Shown: positions 1-7,726, counted from the stretch's first letter. The stretch is DNA of 11,544 nt from an uncultured Bacteriovoracaceae bacterium (GCA_964012805.1 CAXGUD010000076.1:1-11544), one strand, 5' to 3'. The notes: generated by a model not told the origin, from the letters alone. Program-made: numbers and translations.

Positions 1-440
1 GTCATTTAGTAAAATCCGTTGAAATTATTGACCACTTCAGTTCGAAAATTCAAGGATTTCCTCAGTCTCTGAAGCTTCATATAAAACATATCCTGCTATC
101 TCATCATGGAGAGTACGAATACGGATCTCCTAAGTTACCCCAAACTTCTGAAGCTTACCTTGTTCACTTGATTGACTTAATGGATTCAAAAATGGGTGCG
201 ATGAGTTCAATTAAAAAATCAGATTTAAATCCAGGAAAGTGGAGCGGATATGTCAAGCATCTTGATAGAGTGGTTTATAAGGAAGAGTTGCCTTTTTTCA
301 AGGAGTACCTCCCTCAATCAGAGTCGAGTTTAATAAAGGAAGAGTCCAGGGAAAAGCCCAAGGAAAAAAAAACGGGCCCAAAAAGTTTGACTCCGACTCC
401 AAAATTAGGAAGACTTTTAAAAGACTTCAAAATTGAGTAA
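1..440 (+). CDS. yhaM: 3'-5' exoribonuclease, YhaM/Cbf1 family HD-domain protein (C-terminal part, 5'-truncated by the window edge)
   Basis: Frame 3 is open from nt 3, not 168 as in the ORF track. It reads HLVKSVEIIDHFSSKIQGFPQSLKLHIKHILLSHHGEYEYGSPKLPQTSEAYLVHLIDLMDSKM. The SHHG-x-x-EYGSPKxPxTxEAxxxHxxDxxDxK motif is characteristic of YhaM-family HD domains. Stop TAA at 438-440. Confidence 0.85.
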   Translation, partial: HLVKSVEIIDHFSSKIQGFPQSLKLHIKHILLSHHGEYEYGSPKLPQTSEAYLVHLIDLMDSKMGAMSSIKKSDLNPGKWSGYVKHLDRVVYKEELPFFKEYLPQSESSLIKEESREKPKEKKTGPKSLTPTPKLGRLLKDFKIE

Positions 441-462
441 AAATTGACCTCTTGAGGGTAAT

Positions 463-490
463 TTGTGCGTGACCATCTGCGTGGTAAAAT
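463..490 (+). promoter_or_regulatory. Putative sigma70 promoter (extended -10) for the hydrolase gene, probably leaderless
   Basis: TTGTGC (463-468), 16-nt spacer, then TG-g-TAAAAT (482-490). The ATG at 497 lies 6 nt after the -10 box and no Shine-Dalgarno is visible. Confidence 0.5.
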
Positions 491-496
491 TGCTGT

Positions 497-1294
497 ATGG
501 AATCAGTTCAACAAAACTCAACTTCTTCTAAGGCTCAAGAAAATATGAAGGCTTTTTCTAAGAAGCCTTTTAAACGTTCTAAAACAATTCCTCCCCCACC
601 AAAGGGAGAGGCCAAAGAAACAAAACCCATAGAAAAGCCTTCATCGAAAGTGGAAATTTCTCAAACTGCTAAAGTCATTAATAAGAGAAAAAAGCAAATT
701 CAGGGAATGGAACCCATCAAGAAGATCCAACAAAGTCTTCCATTAAAAAATAGGCCAGGAATTTTCTTTATAAGTGGCTTTGATATTAAGGGTCTAAGCT
801 CTGGTGATGGAGGAGTTAGTGGAATGGCTGAAAACGTTCCTAACGGAAGGCATTTCTCTTGGAAGAATGAGGATCAAGTATTAGAAGAAATAACTCGAAC
901 ATCAGTTCAACAACCTATTATTCTTGTTGGGCATAGTTTAGGAGGGGATGCTGCCGTTAGTTTGGCAAACCGTTTAAATAGCATGGAGCATGGTTTTAGA
1001 AATGTTGATTTATTAGTAACTCTCGATTCAGTTGGTTTTGATAATGACCTTATTCCTCCTAATGTAAAAAGAAACTTGAATTTCATTGGGGATGAGGATG
1101 TTTTCTTTAATGATGGTCCTAACATCGCTAGGGATGAAGATAGAACTAAAGTTTTTAATGAAATTAGATCTGAAATGCATACTGGAATTGATGATTCAAA
1201 AGAAGTTCAAAAAAAAATATTTTCGGCAATAAGTGGAACTCTTACTGAAAACCGCAGCTTCAATGAATTAGTCAGAAAATTCTTAGGCTCATAA
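497..1294 (+). CDS. Alpha/beta-fold hydrolase (lipase/thioesterase-like) with ~85-aa Lys/Pro/Ser-rich disordered N-terminus
   Basis: Nucleophile elbow IILVGHSLGG (G-H-S147-L-G, nt 929-946), followed by VDLLVTLDSV and a candidate catalytic His in SEMHTGIDD. No signal peptide is visible. Confidence 0.75.
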   Translation: MESVQQNSTSSKAQENMKAFSKKPFKRSKTIPPPPKGEAKETKPIEKPSSKVEISQTAKVINKRKKQIQGMEPIKKIQQSLPLKNRPGIFFISGFDIKGLSSGDGGVSGMAENVPNGRHFSWKNEDQVLEEITRTSVQQPIILVGHSLGGDAAVSLANRLNSMEHGFRNVDLLVTLDSVGFDNDLIPPNVKRNLNFIGDEDVFFNDGPNIARDEDRTKVFNEIRSEMHTGIDDSKEVQKKIFSAISGTLTENRSFNELVRKFLGS

Positions 1295-1350
1295 TACATT
1301 CTATTATAAAAAGCTCTATAGTAAGAGAAGGTTGTTCTCAATTAATTTTC

Positions 1351-2208
1351 TTAATCAATTTGAAAGAACTTTAGTGAATTTTGATAAACTTTTGGAAGAA
1401 GAATTTCAGGCTTCTCTTTTTTAAAGTCTGAAATGTATTGGGCAATAAAGGGTAAATAAAAAGGTGTATTTTCTTTTCCTCTATGAGGAGTTGGGGTTAG
1501 GAAAGGGGAGTCAGTTTCAATTAAAATACGGTCTGTGGGGCAAATTTCTAAAGCTTCTCTTACGTCATGAGCATTTTTGAAAGTAACAATTCCATTAAAT
1601 CCTAGAAAAAGTCCTTCAGAAAGTGCAAACTTAGCAAGAGCCAATTTTGATGTAAAACTGTGGATAACCCCCTTTTTTTTAAGAGAGCTTGAAAAATTTT
1701 TAAGAATTGCAATGGTATCGTCTTCAGCATCTCTTGAATGAATGACCACAGGCAAGTCTAATTCGGAAGCTAATTGAAGCTGCTCTTCAAAAGCAGTTCT
1801 TTGATCTGTTTGACTTGAGTGATTATAGTAATAATCTAAACCTATTTCACCTATTGCAACGATTTTATCAGTATTTGACAGGTCTTTTTTTACTTCTTGG
1901 CAAATGCTTTGATTCCAATCCTTCGCTTCGTGAGGATGGACACCTTGAGTACCGTAAATCATGTCATCCGTTTGGCAAAGTTTATGAACATCCTTGAAGT
2001 TTGATGGAGAAACGGAGATTGTTACAATCTTTTTAATTCCGACATCTTTAGAGAGATGGATAACTTTGTTAAGCTCGTTTTCTTTTAAGTAGTCTAAGTG
2101 ACAATGAGTCTCAAACAAGGGATATTTAGAAGAAGGAGTTTTATTTTCTCCTTCTTCCATAATTTCAAGTTTACCCAATGTTTCAAAATAATCTCTTTTT
2201 TTTCCCAT
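1351..2208 (-). CDS. tatD: TatD family metal-dependent deoxyribonuclease
   Basis: Motifs ETHCHLD, GVHPH, AIGEIGLDYY, PVVIHSRDAE, GVIHSF, ILIETDSPFLTPTPHRGKEN. Confidence 0.95.
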   Translation of the reverse strand: MGKKRDYFETLGKLEIMEEGENKTPSSKYPLFETHCHLDYLKENELNKVIHLSKDVGIKKIVTISVSPSNFKDVHKLCQTDDMIYGTQGVHPHEAKDWNQSICQEVKKDLSNTDKIVAIGEIGLDYYYNHSSQTDQRTAFEEQLQLASELDLPVVIHSRDAEDDTIAILKNFSSSLKKKGVIHSFTSKLALAKFALSEGLFLGFNGIVTFKNAHDVREALEICPTDRILIETDSPFLTPTPHRGKENTPFYLPFIAQYISDFKKEKPEILLPKVYQNSLKFFQID

Positions 2209-2216
2209 ATTATAAT

Positions 2217-3374
2217 CTATGACTTACCTTTTTTTTTTAAAAGGCTATCGAGAATAATTGAGAGTTGATTAGGCATGAGAACTCCCTCAATTTTTCTCCC
2301 GTTAATAAGAAGGGTTGGCGTAGACTTTATATTGTACTCATCAGCTTGTTTAATCATTTCGACAACTTTCTCTTTAATTTCTTTCTTTTGGTAACAGCTA
2401 GTTACTTTAAATTTTTTGGCAAAGTTTTTAATCCATTGTCCATCTATTTTATCCTGGTGTTCAAAAATTTCATCATGGCCCTCAGTAAATTTATCATTAC
2501 TAAGACAACTTGATGCAAAAGCCGCACTACAGGCGTAGTTGTGAAAAGGTCTTTTTATAGACGGGTTGCAATTCATATCAAGTGGGTAAAACATATATTG
2601 AATATTAAGGCTTTTTTTGTATCTAGGAATGATCTTTTCTATAGAGAGGGCAAGTTGCTTACAAGCAGGGCACTGGAAGTCTGAAAAGATTGTAATTCTA
2701 AGTGGAGCATCTTTAAAGCTCTTAGTTGTTGAGACAAGTCTATGAGGACTTTCTGTTTTAGGGTCTCCGACTATTTTTAATGAATCAAATTGTTTAATGA
2801 GGGAAGCTTTAAGCTTTTCATGGTAATCTTGCTTTTTCCAAGAGTTTGATCCAACTGCGGTTGCTCCGAAAGCAACTGCAACGCCATAAATTGATAGTGT
2901 TTTAAGACTTAAGCTAGAAATCGAAGAGTTTTTCCAAAAAAGATATAGAGCAAGCAGAGAGAAGACGTAATAAAGGGTGCAGAACGGGCATAAGGATTTA
3001 AGGATAAAGAGGGAGTATAAGAATAGAAGAACACATCCAGCTCCATTTAAAATAAGAATAAGGTAATTGGTTTCTTCCACACTTTTGTCGTTAAAGAGGT
3101 AACCACCTAAGAGAAATAAACCAATAAAAACTCCAAAGACAGCAATAGGAACACCTGCAATATTAGATAGTGGAGAGTAGGTAGCAGCTCCACAGTTTAA
3201 AAAACTGTTGATTTCGCATAGCGTACTACTGCCAAGCCCTTGAGGAAAATGGGTTTGGAAGTAATGATTTGTTAAGTAGATTGAAAGCCCAATCATAATC
3301 AATGAAGACATGACAAGCAAAGCATGTGTCGTAGATGTGCCGTTCTTGTATAGGGACTTATTTTCGTTTTCCAT
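2217..3374 (-). CDS. VKOR (vitamin K epoxide reductase family) - DsbA/thioredoxin-fold fusion, disulfide bond formation protein
   Basis: N-terminal multi-TM domain with loop cysteines CEINSFLNC, a GVPIAVFG segment and active-site CPFC. C-terminal Trx/DsbA domain with FSDFQCPAC and cis-Pro STPTLLINGRKIEG. Start placed at ATG 3374 because GAGGA lies 5 nt upstream; the ORF track starts at 3386. Confidence 0.9.
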   Translation of the reverse strand: MENENKSLYKNGTSTTHALLVMSSLIMIGLSIYLTNHYFQTHFPQGLGSSTLCEINSFLNCGAATYSPLSNIAGVPIAVFGVFIGLFLLGGYLFNDKSVEETNYLILILNGAGCVLLFLYSLFILKSLCPFCTLYYVFSLLALYLFWKNSSISSLSLKTLSIYGVAVAFGATAVGSNSWKKQDYHEKLKASLIKQFDSLKIVGDPKTESPHRLVSTTKSFKDAPLRITIFSDFQCPACKQLALSIEKIIPRYKKSLNIQYMFYPLDMNCNPSIKRPFHNYACSAAFASSCLSNDKFTEGHDEIFEHQDKIDGQWIKNFAKKFKVTSCYQKKEIKEKVVEMIKQADEYNIKSTPTLLINGRKIEGVLMPNQLSIILDSLLKKKGKS

Positions 3375-3470
3375 AGTCATCCTCATTTTGTGGTTTTAGG
3401 TTTTACTGACAAAAACTTCTTTTTTTACCATCTGATTTAACTTCGGAATAACCAATTCCTTTCATTGGTC

Positions 3471-3499
3471 ATTATACCGATTTGGACCCATTAGGTCGA
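3471..3499 (-). promoter_or_regulatory. Putative sigma70 promoter for VKOR-Trx/tatD
   Basis: Minus strand: TCGACC (3499-3494), 17-nt spacer, perfect TATAAT (3476-3471), in the intergenic gap between pgeF and the VKOR gene. Confidence 0.55.
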
Positions 3500-3520
3500 G
3501 CTTCCGCTTTAAAAACGTTG

Positions 3521-4141
3521 TTAGAGAACCCTTTTTTCTAGTGTATTCCAATTTCTTTGAGTGGTTTTATCTCTTCTGAAACTATTTAATGACTCTGTGC
3601 ACATGGTGCATTTTTTAGATACCTCAACTTTGATGCTCGGAAATAAAGATTTTAATTGGTTTGTGGCTTCAGACTTAAGACAAAAATGTGGGTGGTGCCT
3701 ATCTTTTGGGAAATAGGGAGGTGATTTTGGAAAGTTTTTTAGAAAGTCCTTTGAAACTTGATAGCAACATTTACCAATATGGGGCCCTAAAAAAGCTTGT
3801 GATGGAGCCAGTTGATTTAGGCAAGGATTTTTTAAAATACCTAAATATAAGCCCCTCCAGCCTGCATGAATCAAGGCCATCCCTTTGTTGCTCATGAGCG
3901 CTACAGGAAGGCAATCCGCTGTTAATATGCTCAAGGGTTTAATGTTTTTAGGATTATTTTTAAAGAAGGTATAAATCCCGTCAGCTGGTATTTCCTCACA
4001 GGTTTCGTTTAGTAGAAGGACCTCTTTGCCGTGAACCTGTTGGATTTGCTTATAAAAGCCTGTAGGTTTTGAGGAATAAGTTTTAAAGGTGAATAAATGA
4101 TCGCCAATGATGAAATCTTTCTCTGTAACGAGTGCTGTCAC
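3521..4141 (-). CDS. pgeF: PgeF/YfiH family protein (peptidoglycan editing factor / purine nucleoside phosphorylase, Cu-oxidase_4 'laccase-like' domain)
   Basis: Motifs QQVHG, ADG, LTADCLPV, IHAGWRG, LGPHIGKCCYQV, CTMC...SFRRD. The GTG start overlaps the rluD stop (GTGA, 4141-4138), matching the conserved rluD-yfiH order. Confidence 0.9.
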   Translation of the reverse strand: MTALVTEKDFIIGDHLFTFKTYSSKPTGFYKQIQQVHGKEVLLLNETCEEIPADGIYTFFKNNPKNIKPLSILTADCLPVALMSNKGMALIHAGWRGLYLGILKNPCLNQLAPSQAFLGPHIGKCCYQVSKDFLKNFPKSPPYFPKDRHHPHFCLKSEATNQLKSLFPSIKVEVSKKCTMCTESLNSFRRDKTTQRNWNTLEKRVL

Positions 4142-5175
4142 CGATTTAACTCCGTTTTTAGAACTTTTTGGAAGGTTTCTGGAGCTTCAACAGTAAAAGA
4201 GAGGTCTTTTTTTGTTATGGGATGTCTTAGACCGAGAGTCTTTGCATGCAAAAGAGGGTGAGGATACTGTTTGAGAAAAGAAAATGCATTTCCAAGCCTT
4301 AGCAAGTGCTGGGCAGGATTTCCATAAAGAGGATCACAGAGAATGGATGCGTTTATTAAAGTGCTTAAATGGACTCTAATTTGATGGGTCCTTCCAGTCT
4401 CGAGCTTGAGTTCCAAATGAGAGAACTTTTCAAAATAATTTAGGACCTTGTAATAAGTGATGGCGTCTTTTCCATGGGCAATATTGCAAGCCATCTTTTG
4501 TCTATGTTTTGGGTGCCTTCCTATCGGGCTTTCCAAAGTACCTTTGGGAGGTATCTTTACTCCTATAACGAGAGCTTCGTAAATTCTCTCTATATCGTGC
4601 TTAGAAAAAATTTCGATAAGTCCTTCGAGGGTTTTTTGATTTTTAGCAATAACCATGACTCCACTTGTGCCTTTATCAAGCCTATGAACAATCCCAGGTC
4701 TCTCTGCATTTCCAATTCGTCCTAAGTTTGGGCAGTGATGGAGGATGGCGTTCACAAGGGTTCCCGTATAGTTACCTGGCGCTGGATGAGTGACTATTCC
4801 AGGTGCTTTGTTTATGAAAACAAGGTGTTCGTCCTCATAAAGAATTTGAAGTGGAATGTCTTCAGGTTTGGCTTTAATAGGTATGGGTGGAGGAACTTCA
4901 ACTGATAGGACTGTGTTTTCTGGAGGCATTTTTTTTAATTCTAATTTGGGTATTTTTTTTTCCTGACTTGGCTCAACTGTAATATTGTTCATTAAGAAAA
5001 GACTTTTTAAAAAAGTTCTGCTGTATTGGGGGATTTTTTTTGAAAGGAAATGGTCGAGGCGTTTAAAAGCCCTAGTATCTTGCTCTGAAACTATAACTCT
5101 TATTACACTTTCTTCAATTTCAGATTCGTTTTCCTCTGATTCAGTTGAAGCAGGGGGCTTTTCTTTTTGGCTCAT
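4138..5175 (-). CDS. rluD: RluA-family 23S rRNA pseudouridine synthase, RluD-like (N-terminal S4 domain)
   Basis: S4-like KRLDHFLS...SRT; ILYEDEHLVFINKAPGIVTHPAPGNYTGTLVNAILHH; catalytic RPGIVHRLDKGTSGV; LETGRTHQIRVH; LHAKTLGLRHP. Lies directly upstream of pgeF/yfiH. Confidence 0.92.
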   Translation of the reverse strand: MSQKEKPPASTESEENESEIEESVIRVIVSEQDTRAFKRLDHFLSKKIPQYSRTFLKSLFLMNNITVEPSQEKKIPKLELKKMPPENTVLSVEVPPPIPIKAKPEDIPLQILYEDEHLVFINKAPGIVTHPAPGNYTGTLVNAILHHCPNLGRIGNAERPGIVHRLDKGTSGVMVIAKNQKTLEGLIEIFSKHDIERIYEALVIGVKIPPKGTLESPIGRHPKHRQKMACNIAHGKDAITYYKVLNYFEKFSHLELKLETGRTHQIRVHLSTLINASILCDPLYGNPAQHLLRLGNAFSFLKQYPHPLLHAKTLGLRHPITKKDLSFTVEAPETFQKVLKTELNR

Positions 5176-5202
5176 GAGGAAGTAGTCGTTTTTGTGCAGC
5201 GT

Positions 5203-5877
5203 TTAAATTTTGCCTTCTTTCTGCAGCTTTTTTATACGATAAAGATAGGAGGTGGCAACTAAATCAGGGTTTAGTTTTAAACATTTTGCATATTGATAAA
5301 CAAAGCCTCTAACATAGACTAATGCTGGAAGGTTTTTTAAATCTTCTTTTTCTAGACAACCAATGTATGTTTTGGAGACTTTTGTCATATCTGACATTCT
5401 ACTAATATCTACTTGTCTATACTCTCTAATTTTTTTAAGGAATGCTCCGCTAAACTCTGTCGTTTTTTCTATTTCTTGTTCAAATTGAGGGTTTTTTTCA
5501 TAGCTCAGAGAAAACTTCTTACAAGACACAATTTTTGCAATTTGGCTCGAAGAAGTAGGTTTATGGCTTTGGCGGAATTCTTCATCTTCTTCCCAAGCAG
5601 AACTCTTTCTTTCTTCTTTTTTAGACAGTAGGAAGCTTTTGAGCCCTTTCGCTTTATCGTACTCTGCCCTCTTTTCCGGATCACTAATAATTAAGTAAGC
5701 TTCATCTATAGATTTAATCATTTCGACACATTGGTCTTTGGTCATAATTGAATAGAGGGCAAGACTATCTTGAGAGTATGCGTTTTTTGCTTTTATATAA
5801 CCGTTGTAAACCTCATCCTGATTTGCTTGAGGTGAGATTTCCAAAATTTCGTAATAGTTTTTTTCACCCTTTTCCAC
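5203..5877 (-). CDS. DnaJ-like N-terminal domain (no HPD) fused to a RodZ-type (HTH_25/Xre-like) helix-turn-helix domain
   Basis: J-like signature NYYEILEISPQA...IDEAYLIISDPEKRAEYD, with SQD (nt 5775-5767) where HPD is expected. C-terminal GAFLKKIREYRQVDISRMSDMTKVSKTYIGCLEKEDLKNLPALVYVRGFVYQYAKCLKLNPD matches the RodZ cytoplasmic HTH pattern. No TM segment. GTG start with SD GAGGT 7 nt upstream. Confidence 0.82.
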   Translation of the reverse strand: MEKGEKNYYEILEISPQANQDEVYNGYIKAKNAYSQDSLALYSIMTKDQCVEMIKSIDEAYLIISDPEKRAEYDKAKGLKSFLLSKKEERKSSAWEEDEEFRQSHKPTSSSQIAKIVSCKKFSLSYEKNPQFEQEIEKTTEFSGAFLKKIREYRQVDISRMSDMTKVSKTYIGCLEKEDLKNLPALVYVRGFVYQYAKCLKLNPDLVATSYLYRIKKLQKEGKI

Positions 5878-5907
5878 TTTTCTTACCTCTTTGACTAAAA
5901 TCTCTTT

Positions 5908-6876
5908 TTAAATTTTTAATAACTTATGAACAATTCTATCGAAGTTTGTTACCAACGCAGAGTTTGGGAACTCCATTAGAAGGGGTTTTCTCTTTTTAAC
6001 GCTTTGCCATACTGTGGAGTCGTATTCTAGATAACCAATGTAATCTAGGTCTATTCCAAAATACTTTTTGCATATTATCTTCATTGAAAAGCCGATATCA
6101 ATATCAGCTTGTGTTCTAACCTGATTTATAATGAGTTTTGGCGAGAACTTATTGAGTTCTGCTTGAAGAAGCTCTGCTTTTTCAGGGTTTACTTCCTTCA
6201 TTTTTTCAAAGAGTTCTGAAGGACTGAAATTGTATGAAAGCTTTGAATTAAGATGCTTATCAATTATAGGCCCAATATCAAGGAGGTCTTCAATCATCTT
6301 CATTTTTCTGTGATAGAAGGATTTAATAAATCGATAAGTATTTTCAATTGATGTTGGTTCCGGAAGGGCCGTAAGAATTCCCATATCCGAGTTTATAAAA
6401 AAATCTAGTGTGTTGAATGAAGTGCCAGCACCGAGGTCCATGAGGACATAATCTGAATCAATATCTCTTAACTTAGATATAAGACGTGTCTTTTGCATAT
6501 GCCTAAGGTTTGCAATTCCTAGATCGTCTTGTGCGCCGCTTATTAGAGAAAGGTTTTCTATAGGGGTGTCATTTAAAAGGTCAGAGAAGTTTCTCACCTT
6601 TTTCGATAGGTAATCAGATAAGGTTTTTTCAGGAATTGGAACCCCTAGGCATGTGTGGAGGTTTGCACCGCCTAGGTCTAAGTCAACCGAGGAGACCTTA
6701 TAACCCATAAGAGCAAGGCAAATTGAAACATTCGCGGTGACAAGGCTTTTACCAACTCCACCTTTACCACCTGCAATGGCCCAAATTTGCTGATCTCTTT
6801 TCTTATTTAATCCAAGCTTATAGTTTGACTTTGGATCGTAAGGAGAGTTTTTTGAATTTTCTAAAAAAGAAGACAA
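5908..6876 (-). CDS. MinD/ParA-superfamily ATPase, FlhG/FleN-like
   Basis: Deviant Walker A GGKGGVGKS, DLDLGGANLH, Walker B region YVLMDLGAG, PEPTSIENTY, LIINQV. TTG start with AAGGA upstream. Confidence 0.9.
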   Translation of the reverse strand: MSSFLENSKNSPYDPKSNYKLGLNKKRDQQIWAIAGGKGGVGKSLVTANVSICLALMGYKVSSVDLDLGGANLHTCLGVPIPEKTLSDYLSKKVRNFSDLLNDTPIENLSLISGAQDDLGIANLRHMQKTRLISKLRDIDSDYVLMDLGAGTSFNTLDFFINSDMGILTALPEPTSIENTYRFIKSFYHRKMKMIEDLLDIGPIIDKHLNSKLSYNFSPSELFEKMKEVNPEKAELLQAELNKFSPKLIINQVRTQADIDIGFSMKIICKKYFGIDLDYIGYLEYDSTVWQSVKKRKPLLMEFPNSALVTNFDRIVHKLLKI

Positions 6877-6946
6877 TTCCTAGTCCTTGGAAGTTTCCTA
6901 TTTGACCGAGCCTTTATAGGGTGAGTCTTTTCCTTTATTTAATGAT

Positions 6947-6974
6947 ATTATAAGAACAAAAGAAAAAAAAGTAA
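6947..6974 (-). promoter_or_regulatory. Possible promoter for the MinD-like/J-HTH/rluD/pgeF operon
   Basis: Perfect TATAAT on the minus strand at 6952-6947 in the divergent intergenic region. The -35 candidate TTACTT (6974-6969) is weak. Confidence 0.35.
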
Positions 6975-7054
6975 CGCTTTGAAGGCAAAATAAGTCAAAC
7001 TATTTTTTAAATTTAGTTGACGAGAAAAGACGTTTATTAAAATCTGAAACAGGG

Positions 7055-7726
7055 GTGAATACTTTGGAAAGAGTTAATTCTGAGGTTTCTTTTGATTCTT
7101 ATTTAAAAAAAAGATCAGATATCCATCTTATGAGAAAGCTTTGGCACATGTTTACGGGCTCCTTAGGTGTTTTTTGTTTTTACTTTTTTGATTTAGACAA
7201 AAACAGTATGACTTTCTCTTTGGCTAAATTGACTGTTGTGGCCTTTTTAGTCGACTATATGAGATTAAAATTTTCTGGAATGAATTCATCGGTTATGTAC
7301 CTGATGAAGCCTTTTATGAGAGACTCTGAGGCAAAGTCTTTGAGTGGTTTACCTTTTTATGCGTTAGGAGTTACTCTTTCTCTTTTCCTTTTTGAAGAAA
7401 AAGTGGCGATCCTATCCATTTTGTTTCTCGTTTTTTCCGACCCTATAGCATCCTTTTTTGGAGTACTTTTTGGAAAACAAAAGATTTTACCAAATAAAAC
7501 CTTTGAAGGTTGCGTTGCGGCTTATGTTACATGTTATTTTCTAACGCTTTTGTATGGACTGTCTTTAGGTGTGAATGGTTTTAACTTATTTATTTTTTCA
7601 CTTCTGGCTGGTGCTGTTGGAATGCTTTCTGAAGCTTTTTCTATGGGGTTGGATGACAATTTAACAATCCCTGTTGTTGCGGGCTCAGGCCTTTCTCTAT
7701 TAAATTTATTTATACCTATTTTCTAG
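7055..7726 (+). CDS. SEC59/DGK1/VTE5-family CTP-dependent lipid (diacylglycerol/polyprenol/phytol) kinase, membrane protein
   Basis: RKLWHM, MRDSE, multiple TM helices, SDPIASFFG...NKTFEGC, and C-terminal DDNLTIP, typical of the CTP_transf_1/dolichol-kinase-like family. Alternative start TTG 7064, preceded by AGGGGTG. Confidence 0.85.
   Translation: MNTLERVNSEVSFDSYLKKRSDIHLMRKLWHMFTGSLGVFCFYFFDLDKNSMTFSLAKLTVVAFLVDYMRLKFSGMNSSVMYLMKPFMRDSEAKSLSGLPFYALGVTLSLFLFEEKVAILSILFLVFSDPIASFFGVLFGKQKILPNKTFEGCVAAYVTCYFLTLLYGLSLGVNGFNLFIFSLLAGAVGMLSEAFSMGLDDNLTIPVVAGSGLSLLNLFIPIF

Noticed and set aside
441..464. Imperfect inverted repeat AAATTGACCTC-TT-GAGGGTAATTT after yhaM as a terminator
   Set aside because: Mismatched, AT-rich stem with no convincing U-tract; too weak to call.
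1325..1339. Small hairpin GAGAA-GGTTG-TTCTC between the convergent hydrolase and tatD genes
   Set aside because: A 5-bp stem is expected by chance and is not a supportable terminator.
1..2208. YhaM + hydrolase + TatD as an anti-phage defence cassette
   Set aside because: YhaM and TatD look like ordinary housekeeping nucleases on opposite strands, and no defence or mobility hallmark genes are present.
5203..5877. Calling this gene dnaJ or rodZ
   Set aside because: It lacks HPD and the other DnaJ domains, and lacks the TM and periplasmic parts of RodZ.
5908..6876. Calling the ATPase flhG, minD or parA outright
   Set aside because: No flhF/fliA, minC/minE or parB context, and no clear extra membrane-targeting helix; only the family-level call is supported.
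6888..6900. TGGAAGTTTCCTA resembling the 9266-9280 palindrome (shared regulator site?)
   Set aside because: Different spacing and only a 4-bp half-site match in AT-rich DNA.
7017..7043. TTGACG-N15-TAAAAT promoter for the lipid kinase gene
   Set aside because: Both boxes are good, but the 15-nt spacer is atypically short; plausible but not reported as a feature.
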